In this document: one piece after another, positions 42,372-51,378 of the stretch
How positions within the stretch are numbered: the stretch's first letter is position 1
How the letters are laid out: every line of letters begins with the position of its first letter
Source of the DNA: Alphaproteobacteria bacterium
Lineage (GTDB): Bacteria; Pseudomonadota; Alphaproteobacteria; JAAXGF01
Direction of reading: 5' to 3'
Assembly: GCA_963555825.3 (NCBI GenBank)
Contig: CAUVXB020000002.1
Location: 928,001 to 992,000 of the forward strand
DNA: 64,000 nucleotides
The notes under the pieces: model-generated
The model's database searches: none
The model's input: only the letters and a program-made list of their open reading frames with translations
Told to the model about the DNA's origin: nothing
Program-made: the position numbers and the translations under genes

Positions 42372-45300
42372 ATGCACGATCGCCTCGGAGTCCGAGGGCG
42401 CCTGCTTATGGCGTTCTTCGGGATCAGCGCTTTTGCGGTCCTGGCCGCTGCCGCCGCGATGTACTCCTTCCTCGAGGTCGGCAAGGCTTTGGACAGGATC
42501 ACGCAGCAACGCGTCCCCACGGCCCTGTCGTCCCTCGAGATCTCGCGCCAGGCCGAGCGAATCGTCGCCGTGGCCCCGGCGCTGTTGACAATCAGTACGC
42601 CGACCCAGCGGGAACAACTGTCCGCCAAGATCGCGGCGGAGATCGAACGGCTCGACGCATTGCTCTCGGATCTGCAAGGCAGCAGCAGCGATGCCGCAGT
42701 CCTTGCATTGATTGAGAGTGATGTGGCCCAGTTGGGGAAGAACCTCGAGGCTCTCGACGTCCTGGTCGCCAAGCGGCTCGAGGCCGGGAAGCATAAAAAG
42801 GAGTTGCTCCGCCGACTGTCGCATACCCACAACGCGGCACAGCGGCTCATCACGCCCGGGCTCATGGTCGTCGAAGGGGATCTCTCGCAGTTACGCAAGA
42901 TACTCGGCGATCCCGACCTGAGCGCCGAAGCGCGGGTCTCGGCCTTATCTGGGCTTGTCGATTCGATGGCCGCCTCGCCCCCTCTCCAGAGGGCTCAGAT
43001 CGAAACCTTGAGTATCAACAATACGCTGCTCCGGATCGCCTCGGCGCCGCGACCGGCAGAGGTCGAGATCCTGACCTTTCTCGTCCGGCGGGCGCTTGGC
43101 GTTTTGGAAAACCTGGACGCCGGCATAGGTCCTATGCTGCGTTCGCGCCTGCTGGCGCGGGTTCGCGAGTTTCGAGACCTCGTCGACGGACCCGACAGCA
43201 TCCTTAAAGCGCGCCAGCACGAACTCGCTATCCTGGCCGACAGCGAACGGCTCCTCGGCGAGAACGCCGCGCTGTCGGCCGAGCTGACCGAGGCGGTCGA
43301 CTTGCTGGTGACGGGCGCCAATCGCGATATCGTCCAAGCGAACCTCGAGGCGCTGTCCGTGCAGCGCATCAGCACCGCCGTGCTGATCGCGGTAGTCGCG
43401 CTCAGCCTGATCAGCTCGACCCTGATCGTCTGGCTCTACGTCGGGCGCAACCTGATCGCCCGCCTGACAGCGATGAGCGGCAGCATGCTGGCCATCGCTG
43501 GCGGCCAATTGAACACAAGCATCCCAGCGGCTGGTTCCGACGAGATCGGCGATATGGGCAAAGCGCTCGCCGTGTTCCGCGACACCGCGATCGAAGTCAA
43601 AGAGACCAACCTGCGCGAGATCCGCGAGGCCCGGCAACGCTTGATCGACGCGATCGAGTCGATCTCCGAGGGCTTCTCGTTTTACGATTCCGAGGACCGC
43701 CTCGTGGTCTCGAATACCCGCTATCGGGAACTCCTTTATCCGGATGCCGAGGACACGGTCGAGCAGGGCACCCCCTTCGAGACTGTCATCCGCAAGGCGG
43801 CCGAGAAGGGCTACATCGAGGGCGCAGAGGGTCGGATAGACGAATGGCTGTCCGAACGACTGGCGCAGCACCGCAACCCGGGCCAGCCGCAACTGCAGCG
43901 CCGCGCCGACGGCCGCTGGATCCAGATCAGCGAACGCAAAACCGAAGACGGCGGCACCGTCGCGGTCTACACGGACGTCACCGAACTGAGATGGGCCGAA
44001 GAGGCAATGCGCGAAAGCCAGCAGTTCTTAGGTACGTTGGTCGATAACATTCCCGCCATAATACATTTCAGGGACCTCGACGGCCGCTACATACGGGTCA
44101 ACCGCAAGTATGAGGAGGTGTACCAAGTCACCGACGAGTCGATTCGCGGAAAGACCCTCTACGACGTATTCCCAAGAGACCAGGCTGACGATTTCACGGC
44201 CTATGATCGTGAGGCCATCGAGCAGCGCCGGGTCCTCACGCGGGAAGAAACTTACGTGCAACAAGGCGTGAAGCATATTTTCGACGCCTTGAAGTTTCCG
44301 ATCCTGGATGCTTCCGGCAAGGTTATTGCCGTCGGCGGCGTCGATGTCGACATCACCGAGCGCAAGCGGGCCGAGGCGGAGCTGCAAGAGGCTTCCCGCA
44401 TCATCAAGGACCAGAAGGAGAGGATGGAGTCCGAGTTGAACGTTGGTCGCGAAATTCAGATGAGTATGATCCCGCTCAAAATTCCGCCCTTCCCCGATCA
44501 CAACGAATTCTCCATCTATGCGGCGCTGGAACCGGCCCGCGAGGTTGGCGGCGATTTCTACGATTACTATTTCCTCGATGAAGGGAGGCTCTGTTTTTGT
44601 GTCGGTGACGTATCCGGAAAGGGGGTGCCATCAGCATTGTTCATGGCCGTCACCAAGACCCTGATCAAATCGCGGGCCGTCGACGATTTCTCCACCGCCA
44701 GCATTTTGACACACGTGAACGCGGAGCTGAGTGCCGACATTAAGTCCAGCATGTTCGTGACGATTTTCCTGGGAATCTTGGATATCCGATCGGGCGAGTT
44801 CGTCTACACGAACGCCGGACACAATCCGCCCTATTTGAGACGAAAAGGCGGCTCCCTGCAGCGTCTCGACGTTCGCCACGGACCGGTGATCGGGGCAGTC
44901 ACCGGATTGATCTACCGGGAGGATACCGACACCATGACCCCCGGAGATATGTTGTTCATGTACACTGATGGCGTTACCGAAGAAAGGAATGCCGACAGAG
45001 AGCTGTTTTCGGAGAAGAGATTGGTGAGTGTACTGGCGTCCACGACTGTGGATTCGGTCGAAAACGCGGTTCGGGATACCATCGCCGCGATCAAGGACTT
45101 CCGGGGTGACGTCAATCAAGAAGACGACATTACCGTGTTGGCGGTGCAGTTCCACGGAAGTTCGGTGCATGACCCGATCGCGGTGTTCCACATCATGGTT
45201 CGCAACGATTCGTGCGAGATCGCCAGAGTCAATCAGGAGTTCCAGAAGTTTGCCGAAGAACACGGGATCCCGGTCGATGTCGGTCGGAGAATAAACATCC

Positions 45301-45590
45301 TATTCGACGATCTCCTGAGCAACGTGATTTCCTATGCGTTCCCCGATGATGCATCACACGAAATCGAGATCGGGGCAGAGCTCGCCACCAACCGGCTGAC
45401 GGTGACCATCTCAGACGACGGAATCCCGTTCAATCCCCTGGGTGCCGGTACGCCGGATACAAGCCTGTCCCTGGACAAACGCGCCATGGGCGATCTAGGA
45501 ATCCACTTGATTCGGCATTTGGTCGACGACATGTCGTACCAACGCCGAAACGAGAGGAACGTGTTGACCCTGGTCAAACACATTGAATGA
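42372..45590 (+). CDS. Membrane sensor: TM-periplasmic helical domain-TM-HAMP-PAS-PAS-SpoIIE/PP2C phosphatase-RsbW-like HATPase
   Basis: Two TM helices; DEIGDM HAMP; PAS ends TDVTE and DITERK; VGGDFYD, GDVSGKG, YTDGVTE, DDIT; C-terminal ISDDGIPFNP. Confidence 0.88.
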   Translation: MHDRLGVRGRLLMAFFGISAFAVLAAAAAMYSFLEVGKALDRITQQRVPTALSSLEISRQAERIVAVAPALLTISTPTQREQLSAKIAAEIERLDALLSDLQGSSSDAAVLALIESDVAQLGKNLEALDVLVAKRLEAGKHKKELLRRLSHTHNAAQRLITPGLMVVEGDLSQLRKILGDPDLSAEARVSALSGLVDSMAASPPLQRAQIETLSINNTLLRIASAPRPAEVEILTFLVRRALGVLENLDAGIGPMLRSRLLARVREFRDLVDGPDSILKARQHELAILADSERLLGENAALSAELTEAVDLLVTGANRDIVQANLEALSVQRISTAVLIAVVALSLISSTLIVWLYVGRNLIARLTAMSGSMLAIAGGQLNTSIPAAGSDEIGDMGKALAVFRDTAIEVKETNLREIREARQRLIDAIESISEGFSFYDSEDRLVVSNTRYRELLYPDAEDTVEQGTPFETVIRKAAEKGYIEGAEGRIDEWLSERLAQHRNPGQPQLQRRADGRWIQISERKTEDGGTVAVYTDVTELRWAEEAMRESQQFLGTLVDNIPAIIHFRDLDGRYIRVNRKYEEVYQVTDESIRGKTLYDVFPRDQADDFTAYDREAIEQRRVLTREETYVQQGVKHIFDALKFPILDASGKVIAVGGVDVDITERKRAEAELQEASRIIKDQKERMESELNVGREIQMSMIPLKIPPFPDHNEFSIYAALEPAREVGGDFYDYYFLDEGRLCFCVGDVSGKGVPSALFMAVTKTLIKSRAVDDFSTASILTHVNAELSADIKSSMFVTIFLGILDIRSGEFVYTNAGHNPPYLRRKGGSLQRLDVRHGPVIGAVTGLIYREDTDTMTPGDMLFMYTDGVTEERNADRELFSEKRLVSVLASTTVDSVENAVRDTIAAIKDFRGDVNQEDDITVLAVQFHGSSVHDPIAVFHIMVRNDSCEIARVNQEFQKFAEEHGIPVDVGRRINILFDDLLSNVISYAFPDDASHEIEIGAELATNRLTVTISDDGIPFNPLGAGTPDTSLSLDKRAMGDLGIHLIRHLVDDMSYQRRNERNVLTLVKHIE

Positions 45591-45631
45591 CGGGACCTTG
45601 TAGCGCGGTATCAGTCTAGGGCTTCGGAAGG

Positions 45632-47081
45632 GGCGATGTCCCTATCTCTGTTGAAATTCGTGGGGCAGGCGTCGCTGGTTGATGATGCTATGCTGCCTTC
45701 ATGATGGTTTCAATGGCACTGTCGGCCTGAGCCTTTCTCAAGTGTTCCTGGAGAGCATTTCGGAGGATGGGCAGCTGACGATAGGCCTTGAGGCGACGGA
45801 AGGTTTTCTGGGCCTCCAGCAGGCCGGCGGCGGTCCATCTGAGCGCCATCTCGGCGTGTCTCCAGCGTTTGACGTTGCGGGTGACCTGGCGCACCGTGCC
45901 GAGCGCGTTCTCGACGATGTTGGTGCAGGCGAGCGAGCGCCGGAGTTCGTGCGGCAGGCCGAGGCGGATGACGGTGAGGATCTCGTCCAGCCCCTCCAGG
46001 ATGCTGCCCGAGACGCCCGGTTCCTCATGCTCCAGACGCCGGGCCAGGTTGCGCAGCAGCCGTTCGGCCTTGTCTGCGTCGTCCTGGTCCCAGGCCTGAC
46101 GGAGCGCCTTCTTGACGCTCGCATGCAAATGCAGGGGCAGGCGCTCGATGATGTTACGGCCCTTGTGGACCTGGCAGCGCTGGATGGCGGCGGCCACACC
46201 GAAGGTGTTGCGGATCGCTTTGCTGAGCGCCTTCGCGCCATCGACGATGAACAGCCGGGGCAGCGTCGGATCGAGCCCCCTGGCGAGGAGATTGTCGAGC
46301 AAGGCCTGGACGACGACAGTGTTCTCCGTCGCCCCCTCGACCACGGCCAGGACATGCTTGTCGCCGTTGCCATCGACGCCGATCGCCGCCACCAAGACAT
46401 GGTCGCCGACATGCAGACCGTCGATCTGGATGACCAGCAGGTCGAGCTCCGAGAGGTCCGAGGCGAGCCAGGCCTTCATCTTCTTGCGCGACAGCGCCAC
46501 AAAGCGCCGGGAAACGGCCGACTTCGAGGTGCCGTCGCCACGCGCTTTCGCCAGGTCGCCCTCGGGCAGACGGACCGCGCGGTGGTACTTGCGGGTCGAC
46601 ACGTTCAGGACCATCAGGTTGAGCGCCCACTCGAGCAACAGGTTGCCGTCGCGCAGCACCTGCCAGCTCTCCAAACCCACCTCCTTGCCAGCATGGTCGC
46701 GAACCCGTGGCCGCTGCACTTTCACGCGGCCGCCGTGGTAGCCGATCTCGCTCTGCGTATGGCCCCAGCGATAACCCCGACGGTTCCCATGGCGACGATG
46801 TCGGGCCCCGCACACGGTCGTGGCGTCCTCCTCCATCATCTCGGCCAAGGCCTCGACCCCGGCCAGGAGACAGAACCGATCCACGCTGAGACGGACTGCG
46901 TCCATCGCGTCTGCCAGCGGCGGCATAGGAAACGAGGTGGCAAGGGCTTTCGGGCTACTGGAACTACGGATATTCTTTCCCATGGTGTCGTTCTCCCTCT
47001 TGGGTTTGCAGCACCCGGAGCCTAACGGCTCCAGGAGAGCGACACCTACCTCAACTTTTCAACATCGACCGGGACATCTCC
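45632..47081 (-). mobile_element. IS256-family element (1450 bp), distinct from the 19550 element
   Basis: TIRs ggcgatgtccctatctctgttgaaa / tttcaacatcgaccgggacatctcc; 8-bp TSD tcggaagg (45624-45631, 47082-47089). Confidence 0.93.
45688..46983 (-). CDS. IS256 transposase
   Basis: IQIDG, IVDGAKAL, QRCQVHK, CTNIVE. Confidence 0.93.
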   Translation of the reverse strand: MGKNIRSSSSPKALATSFPMPPLADAMDAVRLSVDRFCLLAGVEALAEMMEEDATTVCGARHRRHGNRRGYRWGHTQSEIGYHGGRVKVQRPRVRDHAGKEVGLESWQVLRDGNLLLEWALNLMVLNVSTRKYHRAVRLPEGDLAKARGDGTSKSAVSRRFVALSRKKMKAWLASDLSELDLLVIQIDGLHVGDHVLVAAIGVDGNGDKHVLAVVEGATENTVVVQALLDNLLARGLDPTLPRLFIVDGAKALSKAIRNTFGVAAAIQRCQVHKGRNIIERLPLHLHASVKKALRQAWDQDDADKAERLLRNLARRLEHEEPGVSGSILEGLDEILTVIRLGLPHELRRSLACTNIVENALGTVRQVTRNVKRWRHAEMALRWTAAGLLEAQKTFRRLKAYRQLPILRNALQEHLRKAQADSAIETIMKAA

Positions 47082-47097
47082 TCGGAAGGATGGCGCC

Positions 47098-47430
47098 ATG
47101 ATACTCACGGTTGGTGATACTGGCGAGGTGAAGATCGTTCGGATCGAAGGAGAACTGAACACCCTGACCTCTCCGGACGCCGAGGCCCAGCTGACTCAGC
47201 TCATTGACGCGGGGGCGAGGAAGATCGTCGTCAACTTCGAACGGCTCGACTACATTTCGAGTGCGGGCTTGTATATATTGCTGGCGACGGCCAAGCAGTT
47301 ACAGGTAAGTGGCGGAGAGCTGCGGGTATGTAACCTGAATGACCTCGTGCGGGAGGTCTTCGAAATGTCCGGGTTCGATTCGATCGTGTCGGTTTCAAAG
47401 AACGAGGCCAAGGCGCTAAAGGGATTCTGA
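47098..47430 (+). CDS. STAS domain anti-sigma factor antagonist
   Basis: LDYISSAGL phosphoacceptor motif, VFEMSGF; 110 aa. Confidence 0.92.
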   Translation: MILTVGDTGEVKIVRIEGELNTLTSPDAEAQLTQLIDAGARKIVVNFERLDYISSAGLYILLATAKQLQVSGGELRVCNLNDLVREVFEMSGFDSIVSVSKNEAKALKGF

Positions 47431-47731
47431 AATTTCTGGGAAATTTCTGGTTAAAACCCACCGACTGGCAAGATGCCGTTGGATGATGTGGATCGCGGGC
47501 TCCGTTGACCGAGGGGCGAGTGTTTCGTGCACGGTCGTCACTGAACACCGCTGCACGTCAGTCGCCAAGGCCGGGGAACCGACGAACAACGCCGCAAGGG
47601 CTTCAATCTCTCCCTCGGGTCGCCAACGGACACCACTGATTGTTGCATTTAGTGTCCGCTGGCGAGCGGACATCGGACTTCCGGGGGCTCACGCCGGCGT
47701 TCATGCAGCGGAGGAAACGCGATCACGCCGC

Positions 47732-48400
47732 TCAGACGTGGGCGTCGCGCGCCTGTTGGATGCCGGCGGTCATCCAGTAGACCTGCGCGCCGGCCGCCGC
47801 GAAGGGCAGCAGCAGCCACAGGCCGTCGACGATGGCGAGCGCCAGCACGATGAAGCAGAAATCGGCCCGGCTGATTTCACGGATAGCGTACATCAGCTTG
47901 CCGGCGAGCGAATCGTCGGTCGTCGTTCGTGGCGCGGCGGTGGCGCTCTCGGGCACGCCGTCGCGCCGATCGAGATAGAGCACGACCAGATAGTTGATCG
48001 TCGCGCCGGCGCCCGCGGCGGCGCCCAGCCAGAGCCACATATCGTTGCCCGAGCGCGCCGCCTCGCCCCAGCCCAGCGCCGGGAAGAAGGTCGCGTGCAC
48101 CAGCCAATCGACGAAGGTGTCGAAATGCATGCCGAAGGTCGACTGCAGGCCCTTGAGGCGCGCGATCTCGCCGTCGATGTTGTCGAGCAGGTAACAAAGC
48201 ACCAAGAGCCCGCCGCCGGCCACCGCGAGACCGTATGCGCCCCGCATGACGCACCAGTTGCACGCCATGCCGACGGCGAGCGACGCCGTGGTGATCTGGT
48301 TCGGCGTAACCGGCAGGCGCGCGACCGGCGGTGTGATACGCCACGACAGGTGGCGGATCAGGGGGAACAGGCTGTCGGGCGGCGCCGTTCGCTCGCTCAT
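47732..48400 (-). CDS. CDP-alcohol phosphatidyltransferase family protein
   Basis: TPNQIT, LDNIDGEIARLKG.QS.FG..FD...D. Confidence 0.88.
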   Translation of the reverse strand: MSERTAPPDSLFPLIRHLSWRITPPVARLPVTPNQITTASLAVGMACNWCVMRGAYGLAVAGGGLLVLCYLLDNIDGEIARLKGLQSTFGMHFDTFVDWLVHATFFPALGWGEAARSGNDMWLWLGAAAGAGATINYLVVLYLDRRDGVPESATAAPRTTTDDSLAGKLMYAIREISRADFCFIVLALAIVDGLWLLLPFAAAGAQVYWMTAGIQQARDAHV

Positions 48401-48435
48401 CGTCGTATCGTCATGCCCGGCCCCCGCATGCCGGG

Positions 48436-49872
48436 CTAGAGCGCCTTCGAGCGCACCACGATCATCTTCTCGATCTGCATGTCGTGCACGGTGTGGTGGA
48501 TGCCGCCGACGCCGTGGCCCGACTGACCGAGCCCGGCGAAGGGCATCCAGTCGACCCGGAAGGCGGTGTGGTCGTTGACCATCACGGCGCTCGCGTTGAG
48601 CTGGCTGTAGCAGTGCAGCGCGGTGTCGATGTCGCGCGTGCAGACCGCCGCCTGGAAGGCGAACGGCAGCGCGTTGGCGCGGCCGATCGCCTCGTCGATG
48701 TCGTCGAAGGGGTAGACGCAGATGACCGGGCCGAAGATCTCGTTGGTGCTGACGCGCGCATCGGCCGGCGGGTCGTAGAGCACGGTGCATTGATAGCAGC
48801 TGTCCGAGACCTTGGCGCCGCCCGAAATCAGCTCCCCGCCACCATCGACCGCCTCGCGCACCCATTCGTCGACCCGGTCGACCTCGGCCGGGCGGATCAG
48901 CGGGCCGACTTCCGTTCCGGCGTCGGTCGGATCGCCGATCGTCATGGCGTCGCCGTGCCCAGCCAGGCGTTGGGCGACGTCGCGCGCGATCGAGCGCTCG
49001 GCGAAGACGCGCTGCACCGACACGCAGACCTGGCCGGCGTGGTAGAAGCCGCCCTTGGCGAGCACCGGCATCATATCGTCCAAATCGGCGTCGGCGGCGA
49101 CGATGACCGGCGCCGCGCCGCCGTGCTCGAGCGCGCAGCGGGCGCCCGGCGCGAGCTGCGAACGCAGCATCCAGCCGACCCGCGCGCTGCCGATGAAGCT
49201 GAAGAAATTGACCCGTGGATCGGTGACAAGAGCGGTCGCGACGTCGCGTCCCTGGGTCACCGTTACCTGGCACCATTCCTCGGGCAGCCCCGCCTCGCGC
49301 AGGATCTCGACGAAGCGGATGCACGACAGCGGCGTCACCTCGGCCGGCTTGACGACGACCGGGCAGCCGGTGGCGACGGCCGGGCCGACCTGGTGGACGA
49401 TCAGGTTGAGCGGGTGGTTGAACGCTGAGACCGCGACGACGACGCCGATCGGCTCGAGCCGGGTCGCCGCCATGCGCCCGGCCGAGGCCGGGTTGAGGTT
49501 CATCGGGATCTCGGTGCCGTGCTGGGTGCGCAGCGTCTCGATGCACAGCTTGACGCCGTCGATGGCGCGCACCACCTCGACCCGCGAATCGATCAGCGGC
49601 TTGCCGCCTTCGCGCGCCGCCTCGATGGCCAGGTGCTCGGCGCGCTCGGCCATGATCGCGGCGGCGCGCTCGAGGATCTCGGTGCGGCGGTGCGGGCTCA
49701 GCCAGCCGGCGCGGTCGCGGAACAGGCGGTGCGCGGTAGCCAGCGCCGTGTCGACGGCGTCGGCGTCGGCGGTGTCGACCGTGGCGATGGGCGCGTCGTC
49801 GTAGGGCGCGGTGACCGCGACATTGCCTGTGGCGGTCGCGCCGGGAACCATCAATGCGTAGTGCTTAGTCAC
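48436..49872 (-). CDS. Aldehyde dehydrogenase family protein
   Basis: AFNHPLN, FIGS, LEHGG, GQVCVS, EIFGP, MPFAG. Confidence 0.95.
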   Translation of the reverse strand: MTKHYALMVPGATATGNVAVTAPYDDAPIATVDTADADAVDTALATAHRLFRDRAGWLSPHRRTEILERAAAIMAERAEHLAIEAAREGGKPLIDSRVEVVRAIDGVKLCIETLRTQHGTEIPMNLNPASAGRMAATRLEPIGVVVAVSAFNHPLNLIVHQVGPAVATGCPVVVKPAEVTPLSCIRFVEILREAGLPEEWCQVTVTQGRDVATALVTDPRVNFFSFIGSARVGWMLRSQLAPGARCALEHGGAAPVIVAADADLDDMMPVLAKGGFYHAGQVCVSVQRVFAERSIARDVAQRLAGHGDAMTIGDPTDAGTEVGPLIRPAEVDRVDEWVREAVDGGGELISGGAKVSDSCYQCTVLYDPPADARVSTNEIFGPVICVYPFDDIDEAIGRANALPFAFQAAVCTRDIDTALHCYSQLNASAVMVNDHTAFRVDWMPFAGLGQSGHGVGGIHHTVHDMQIEKMIVVRSKAL

Positions 49873-50030
49873 GGGAACCTCCCCCCAAACCGATCGTTAT
49901 TGTATTGCGGCACCGTCCGATGCCGCGCGATTGACGCAAGACTAACCCGACATCCACGCACGCCCAAGGCCCGAGTGCAAGGCGTTGACCCACGCCTGCG
50001 AATTTTGCGCTAGGCTCGGCGACGCGAGAC

Positions 50031-50170
50031 CTAGAGCATTGTACGGTCACCTTTACCGCGTAAAACTGACCTGCGCTCAATCGCCGCGCATGCTTTCGCC
50101 GAACGGTCGGCGGCCCGCAGTCGCGGGCTGGTATAATCCGACCGAGATCAATCGATCGGATTATGCGCTA
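50031..50170 (-). repeat. Structured intergenic repeat family SR, copy 3 (most complete)
   Basis: Bounded by ctagagcat..atgcgctag; terminal hairpins and conserved core 50074-50131. Confidence 0.88.
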
Positions 50171-51349
50171 GTGTCCTGATCGATAAATTGATATGATTAT
50201 GTCTCTATTTGTTTTTAGGAGGCGCGATTGATGGCGAGAGTGGCGGTGACGATCTCTTTGAGCGATGACGAGCGCGCCGAATTGGAGGCGCTGTCTCGTC
50301 GTCGCAAGACGTCGCAGGGGCTTGCGCGGCGGGCTCGGATCGTCTTGGCGGCGGCGGAAGGGTTGGAGAACAAGGAGATCGCCGTTCGTCTCGAGGCGAG
50401 CGCGGACACCGTGGGCAAGTGGCGTCGCCGCTATGCGGCGGAGGGCCTCGACGGTCTGTACGACGAACCCCGCCCCGGCGCGCCGCGTCAAATCGGCGAT
50501 GACGCCATCGCGGAAGCGGTCCGGCTGACGCTGGAAGAGACGCCGCCGGACGCGACCCATTGGAGCCTTCGCTCGATGGCGCGGGCGAGCGGCCACGCGC
50601 CCTCGACCATTCATCGCATCTGGCGGGCCTTCGGCTTGCAGCCGCATCGCTCGGAGACCTTCAAGCTGTCGAGCGATCCCTTCTTCGTGGAGAAGGTCCG
50701 CGACATCGTCGGTCTGTATTTGGCGCCGCCGGATCGTGCCCTGGTTCTCTGTGTCGACGAAAAGAGCCAGATCCAGGCCCTGGACCGTTCCCAGCCCCTC
50801 TTGCCGATGCGCCCCGGGCAGGCGGAGCGGCGCAGCCACGACTACAAGCGCCACGGCACGACCTCTCTCTTCGCGGCCCTCGACATCGCCACGGGAGAGA
50901 TCATCGGCAAATGTTTCCCGCGCCATCGGGCCCGAGAGTTCCGCAAATTCCTCGACCTCGTCGAGGCGAACGTCCCTGCTGATCTCGACATCCACATCGT
51001 CATGGACAACTACGGGACCCACAAGACCAAGGCGATCCGCGACTGGTTCGCCAAACGGCCGCGCTGGCAGGCCCATTTCACACCCACCAGCGCCTCCTGG
51101 CTGAACCAGGTCGAGCGCTGGTTCGGGCTGCTGACCGACAAGCAGATCAGGCGCGGCGTCCATCGCTCCACCAAGGAGTTGGAGCGCACCATCCTCGACT
51201 ACATCGACACGACAAACCAGAACCCCAAACCCTTCAAATGGACCAAATCCGCCGATGACATCCTCGGCGCCATCCAGCGCTTCTGCCTCCGAACAATCGA
51301 AATCGCTGAACAGCAGGCGAAAATCATGCGAACTTCGGAATCGGGACAC
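50171..51349 (+). mobile_element. IS630-family element, type B, copy 2, intact (1179 bp)
   Basis: TIR gtgtcctgat / atcgggacac; TA at 50169-50170 and 51350-51351. Confidence 0.95.
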
Positions 51350-51352
51350 TAG
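50231..51352 (+). CDS. IS630 transposase (single ORF)
   Basis: [36 protein letters not shown]; stop TAG supplied by the target site. Confidence 0.95.
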   Translation: MARVAVTISLSDDERAELEALSRRRKTSQGLARRARIVLAAAEGLENKEIAVRLEASADTVGKWRRRYAAEGLDGLYDEPRPGAPRQIGDDAIAEAVRLTLEETPPDATHWSLRSMARASGHAPSTIHRIWRAFGLQPHRSETFKLSSDPFFVEKVRDIVGLYLAPPDRALVLCVDEKSQIQALDRSQPLLPMRPGQAERRSHDYKRHGTTSLFAALDIATGEIIGKCFPRHRAREFRKFLDLVEANVPADLDIHIVMDNYGTHKTKAIRDWFAKRPRWQAHFTPTSASWLNQVERWFGLLTDKQIRRGVHRSTKELERTILDYIDTTNQNPKPFKWTKSADDILGAIQRFCLRTIEIAEQQAKIMRTSESGH

Positions 51353-51378
51353 CGTTCGATGGTCAGGAGACCGCGCCG

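Noticed and set aside
50074-50131. SR core as a hammerhead ribozyme or known riboswitch
   Set aside because: No CUGANGA core on either strand; copies have no consistent position or orientation relative to downstream genes.
51166-51176. gctccaccaag matching the tRNA-Ala 3' end as a possible attR
   Set aside because: Only 11 bp, inside the IS630-B coding sequence and present in both IS copies; no integrase nearby.
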